From NCBI GenBank assembly GCA_951406725.2, contig OX597825.1, positions 38,626,001 through 38,690,000 of the forward strand: a DNA stretch of 64,000 nucleotides. The letters run 5' to 3'. Below are positions 59,005 through 64,000 of this stretch, in pieces. The notes under the pieces were generated by a model that had not been told where the DNA came from, ran no database searches, and saw only the letters and a list, made by a program, of their open reading frames with translations. Position 1 is the first letter of the stretch. Every line of letters begins with the position of its first letter. The stretch is from Octopus vulgaris. Taxonomy: Eukaryota. Made by a program: the position numbers and the translations under genes.

Positions 59005-59093
<89 letters not shown>

Positions 59094-59136
59094 ATCGACT
59101 TATCGACCTATCTATTTATATATCAATCTATGCATG

Positions 59137-59169
<33 letters not shown>

Positions 59170-59170
<1 letters not shown>

Positions 59171-59468
59171 GAGGCGCAATGAACCAGTGGTTAGCGCGGC
59201 GGACTCCCGGTCGTAGGATCGCGGTTTCGATTTCCAGACCGGGCGTTGTGATTGTTTGTTGAGAAAAAACACCTAAAACTCCACTACGCTCCGGCAGGGA
59301 GTGGTGGCGATCCCTGCTGTACTCTTTTGCCACAGCTTTCTCTCTGTTTTTCTGTTGGCCTGATCGCTTAGCCAGCGGGGTGGCGTCATTTTAAGGTTAA
59401 ATCAATATGAAGCGCATTGTGACCAGCGATGTGTTGCAACATCTGCTAGCCTGGTTGGTCACGGTTAT
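59170..59468 (+). mobile_element. tRNA-derived SINE, family C
   Basis: GGAGGCGCAATG..CCAGTGGTTAG A-box, GGTTTCGATTTCC B-box-like; 3' part repeated at 3576-3686. Confidence 0.85.
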
Positions 59469-59705
59469 ATATATATATATATATAGATATATATATTATT
59501 CAAAGAAATTCCAACTTTGTCTGTTTTTTTGTTTTATTTATATTCTTTATAATTTTAATGTACAATATAGAATATATAGTATAAATAATATATATATAGT
59601 AAAATGAAATGAAGCATTGTCTTATTGAATTGGTGAAATGTTGAATATAAAATATTAGGAAAGTATTATAGTTTCATACGTTATAGCAGTCTTCAAGGTC
59701 CCAGT

Positions 59706-59754
<49 letters not shown>

Positions 59755-59858
59755 TGTGTATAAATATATATACATGTATATATATATATATACATACATA
59801 TATATGCATGTGTATAAATATATATACATGTATATATATATATATACATACACACACA

Positions 59859-59948
<90 letters not shown>

Positions 59949-60050
59949 GGAGTAAACACATAAATGTGAAACAAGGTGGAAACAAGAGTACTCATATACC
60001 AGAGGTAGATTAATATTCTTTATTTAAAAGCAGCAGATATTTAACAAAAG

Positions 60051-60087
60051 CTGTTACTCGGAGTTTCACGTTCCCGTCGTCGGACAG
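60051..60087 (-). ncRNA. type I hammerhead-like motif (U4C core variant) in a fold-back
   Basis: Minus strand CTGT-CCGACGA-CGGGAACGT-GAAA-CTCCGAG-TA-ACAG; stem I CTGT/ACAG; stem II weak; inverted partial copy at 60091-60110. Confidence 0.5.
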
Positions 60088-61065
60088 TTTTGTCCGGCGA
60101 ACGGGAACGTATACAATAAGATTTATATATATATATAAATGTTTCATATATTTAATTTGAATGCCACGATATATATTTCAAAATATAGAACAGAAGACAC
60201 TTTTTCATCAGAAAATGCCGTTGTCTGTGAACACGAGCATGTTAGTACTGACAAAAGACATTTCCAGTGGAAATGTAGTTATGGTTAGGAAATACCAGGT
60301 TCCTTGGTAGTTACTCGTAAATAATTTTAATCAATTTTTCAGAAACATGCGGATATGACAATAAGCAGTGTGTACTTTTGAATTTTAAGAGCAGTATTAA
60401 TATATACTATATATATATAGAGAGAAAAAGAAAATATATTGAATATATATTCGCAATATAGATATTCCTGATCCTAAAACTTTTTAAGGTTTCCCAGTTG
60501 CTACCATCACTTTATTGCAGTATTTATTCATGCCCCATTCCCGACAAATATAAAAAAAAGATCACAAAGTAATTAATGAATATGGAGCTATTTACTTGGC
60601 CATAAACACTGCAATTCGGTAACGTCCTCCTTTTGCAACTGTATACATTACTTCGCTTTATATGTGATAGGTGCTATGCAAAACGAATATATTTCTTTAG
60701 AGAAACATCTGGAGACATCGCTGAAAGACAATCATTAGCCTGTAAAAGATTCATGATAACAACCATAAATCATTTGGAATATGAATTTAAGGGCTTTTCT
60801 GAAAGCCTTCATGGGATGTCTGTACAATAACAAAATATGAAGTTGACGGAATATTACTGCAAGAAATGCTGAGATTAATTTTGTGACGTATTCTTTACTG
60901 CATATTACGATCATCATGAGAGTGATAAGCTGAAACAAATATTCAACGTTTCATATTGCAATATACATGTCCATCGACGTGTACCTCCGCGGTGTTCACC
61001 ATTTATATGGTCATTTCCTGATATGCGTATATATGCATATTGGATATATATATTTATATATATAT

Positions 61066-61097
<32 letters not shown>

Positions 61098-61249
61098 TTA
61101 TAAGTAGATAAATGAATTATCTTATTACGGATAATTCGAAAGATAACCGATACCTGGGTAGCAAACTCACAACAGAAAGCGCACGGTTGAAGTTACGACC
61201 ATAGGGCATATACTCCGTGCCTTAGTGCGGAAATTTGAAGTTTAATTTA

Positions 61250-61450
61250 ATATAATAAGTATAGGAAAGAATGGAGCTGAACGAAGATTTAACAAAATTC
61301 CTCGATTTTCCTGAAGAGAAAGCTGCATAATGGACTCCTTATTCATTCGAAATTAGGGATTTTGCAGACTTCGAAACATATGTCGAAAATAAAATAAAGG
61401 AATTTTGTTAAATCTTCGTTCAGCTCTATTCTTTCCTATACTTATTATAT
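61250..61450. mobile_element. 201-bp element with 53-bp terminal inverted repeats
   Basis: 61250-61302 and 61398-61450 are reverse complements with one difference (a G-U pair in the plus-strand RNA); abuts a (TA)n tract. Confidence 0.9.
61305..61390 (+). ncRNA. type I hammerhead ribozyme with canonical core
   Basis: ATTTTC-CTGAAGA-GAAAGCTGCATAAT...ATTTTGCAGACTTC-GAAA-C(ATAT)G-TC-GAAAAT; perfect 6-bp stem I, GUC site, predicted cleavage after C61384. Confidence 0.85.
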
Positions 61451-62171
61451 ATATATATATATATATATATGCATGTATGTATGTATGTACGTATGTATCT
61501 ATGTGTGTACATATATAGGTGAGTAACTACGTATGTATGCTTGCATGTATATTTATATGCGGCATTTTTACTAAAAAAAATGTCAATGTAAGGTTAATAA
61601 ATCCTCGTAATTTGCGCAGTCAGTTACACCGCAGTTTAAAATATATAATCCTCAGAAATCTCATGAGTACCTATAAATGCCATATTACACAGGCCTTAGT
61701 TTTGCAATAATATAATACTGTATGAGATATTTCTTCACTGATCAATAAAGATACGGTGAATATTTTGCATCTGTTTTACATTCGAATCAATTATTATGCC
61801 ATTGAAGCGTTTCCCAAACTATCGCACAGCACTTCATTAATCAAGGTTCTCAATTACTAGCTGATATTTCTCTAAACATATCATTTCTCACACGTATCAT
61901 TATTTATATTCAGAAAAATGTACATAGAGATAAATTTTAATTAGAAAAGTTAAACATATCAAGAAATATTACTCAGAAAACATACATAACTATATAAGAA
62001 AAATAGAAATACGTGACAAGGAATGAGTGACCTTCACATTGGGAAGTGATAATGCGATAAATTTTGTAAAGCATAAAAAATGGCTAAAAATCCTGTTCCG
62101 TGGTAATTACTATATCTGTACCGAAAATCTACTATGGACTATGATAACGCTGAAATTCGTAATAATGTACA

Positions 62172-62386
62172 TGAGCTGGCAGAGACGTTAGCACGCCGGG
62201 CGAAATGCGTAGCCGTATTTCGTCTGCCGCTACGTTGTGAGTTCAAATTCCGCCGAGGTCGACTTTACCTTTCATCCTTTCGGGGTCGATTAAATAAGTA
62301 CCAGTTACGCACTGGGGTCGATATAATCGACTTAATCCGTATGTTTGTCCTCTCTGTGTTTAGCCCCTTGTGGGTAGTAAAGAAAT
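62172..62386 (+). mobile_element. SINE family A (young copy)
   Basis: Near-identical to the first unit of the trimer, including the GTGGGTAGTAAAGAAATA linker. Confidence 0.9.
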
Positions 62387-62888
62387 ATATAAATGTGCAC
62401 CCATATCATATTATTCCTACGCACACACACGCACGCATATATATATATATAAATGTGTGTGAGGGGCTGTGAGTGTGTGACTCTCTGCTTCCGTATGTGG
62501 ATGTTTGTGCGTGTACATATGTGAGTGTGAGTATGAATGTTGTGTTTGCGCGCGTCTGTGAGTGTACGTGTGTGTGCACGCGCTTGTGTGAGTGTAAAAA
62601 CAGAAAAACCTCAAAGCTAGTTTGGGGTATTCTTCCCTTTAGCTATTTTCATGATTGCACATAATTTCGAACGACGTCCTGCTGAGACACCAATGACCGT
62701 TGTAGGCAATGATGGCGCATCACACTTATTGAAAGCCTGCTACAATGTATTTCGAAATCTATGTATCTAAGTACAAAAATATGTACTTTTATTGTCATTT
62801 CAGCAATTTTAAGCGGCAAAATATATAATCGATTTTGTATAAGGCAATGTACATAAATCATAGCGTTGATCGCACGCGCGCACACACA

Positions 62889-62932
<44 letters not shown>

Positions 62933-62967
62933 AAACATGCACACACACACAAACATGCACACACACA

Positions 62968-63060
62968 GACGTGGCTGCGTGGTAAGAATCTTGCTTCCCA
63001 GCCACATGATTCCGGATTCAGTCCCACAGCGTGGCACCTTGGACAGGTGTCTTCAACCAT
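62968..63060 (+). mobile_element. SINE family B, 5' part
   Basis: GTGGCTGCGTGGTAAG A-box, GGATTCAGTCCC B-box-like, GCACCTTGGACAGGTGTCTTC. Confidence 0.8.
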
Positions 63061-63103
63061 ATATGTATAAGTATATGTATATAGCATTATTAAATCTCTG
63101 AAC

Positions 63104-63296
63104 GAGTGGTTAACGCCCGTTGACAAGAGGCAACAGCCTCGAAACTGCAGTCCGTGCGTATCACTTAGGCTTATGAGAAAGGGATGGCCTCCCTTTGCAA
63201 ATACCATAAGCTGGAGACGATGATCTCCTAGGGCTAAAAGCTACAGTAACACCCACCCTTTGGGGTTAGCCATATTGAGATGGCTATTATACTTTA
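63104..63296 (+). mobile_element. ~200-bp structured repeat carrying a hammerhead motif, copy 2
   Basis: Homologous to 48172-48388; runs into a (TA)n tract. Confidence 0.85.
63114..63158 (+). ncRNA. minimal type I hammerhead ribozyme, U3-A8 variant
   Basis: CGCCCG-TTGACAA-GAGGC(AACA)GCCTC-GAAA-C(TGCA)G-TC-CGTGCG; predicted cleavage after C63152. Confidence 0.85.
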
Positions 63297-63340
<44 letters not shown>

Positions 63341-63346
63341 TATATG

Positions 63347-63507
63347 CGTCGAGCTTCTTTCAGTTTCCTTCTACCAAATCCACCCACAAATCTTTAGTCG
63401 GATAGAGGCTATAGTAGAAGACACTTGCCGAAGTAGCCATGCAGTGGAACTGAATCCGGAACCATATTGTTGGGAAGCAAGTTTCTTACCCCGCAGACAC
63501 TCCTACG
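63347..63507 (-). mobile_element. SINE family B
   Basis: Reverse complement of the family B head and body (CTTCTTTCAGTTTCC..CTACCAAATCCAC...GAAGACACTTGCC...TGGGAAGCAAG). Confidence 0.85.
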
Positions 63508-63542
63508 CATACATATATACATATATATACACATACATATAC

Positions 63543-63606
<64 letters not shown>

Positions 63607-63639
63607 TATATATATCATATATACATATATATTATATAT

Positions 63640-63684
<45 letters not shown>

Positions 63685-64000
63685 TTGTAATTGTGGTTGG
63701 ATATAATTAAGCACATTAATTAAAAACGCTCGTATGTTCTACTCAACCCTCGTTTTCAAGTGTTTTTTTCTACCTACTTATATCAAATCTTTTGTTTGTG
63801 AAGAAGTATAACGCTAGAAATTACTTTCTATCAACATTTATAACGTCGGTGCATAAGTTAGGACGGATATACAGGAGACAAACAATGACATTAAATTCGA
63901 ACAGTTGTATTTTGAATATATGCATTCATGCGTTCACACGGAAGCGCATATATTCATATACATCTACATATTACCAAACGTATATATAGATATATATGTG

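Noticed and set aside
59655-59708. Minus-strand TTGAAGA...GAAACTATAATA next to (TA)n
   Set aside because: Mismatches in the 3-8 pair and in stems I, II and III; too degenerate to call.

Overview
AT-rich eukaryotic non-coding DNA (intron or intergenic) saturated with microsatellites ((TA)n, (CA)n, (TAA)n, (TAC)n, (GAA)n). The SINE families and repeat landscape look like a coleoid cephalopod, probably Octopus; this is inference, not tested. I recognise no host protein-coding gene. Nearly all listed ORFs are microsatellite artefacts, and the real coding signal comes from transposon remnants: a young CR1-type LINE 3' end, three RTE-type LINE fragments, a cluster of R4/Dong-type restriction-like-endonuclease retroelement fragments nested in (TAA)n arrays at 11.5-15.2 kb, an internally deleted mariner, and many tRNA-derived SINEs. 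The most interesting signal is non-coding: at least seven minimal type I hammerhead-ribozyme (HHR) motifs from several unrelated short repeat families, mostly next to (TA)n tracts. They have self-complementary or near-palindromic stem III loops and several core variants (CUGANGA, UUGAYAA with U3-A8 covariation, CCGACGA, GUGAAGA). One sits at the apex of a 53-bp inverted repeat. Two copies of one family show compensatory changes that keep the stem III palindrome (CGCG vs UGCA). These resemble Penelope-like-element or retrozyme hammerheads. All structures were folded by eye and none has been tested for activity.
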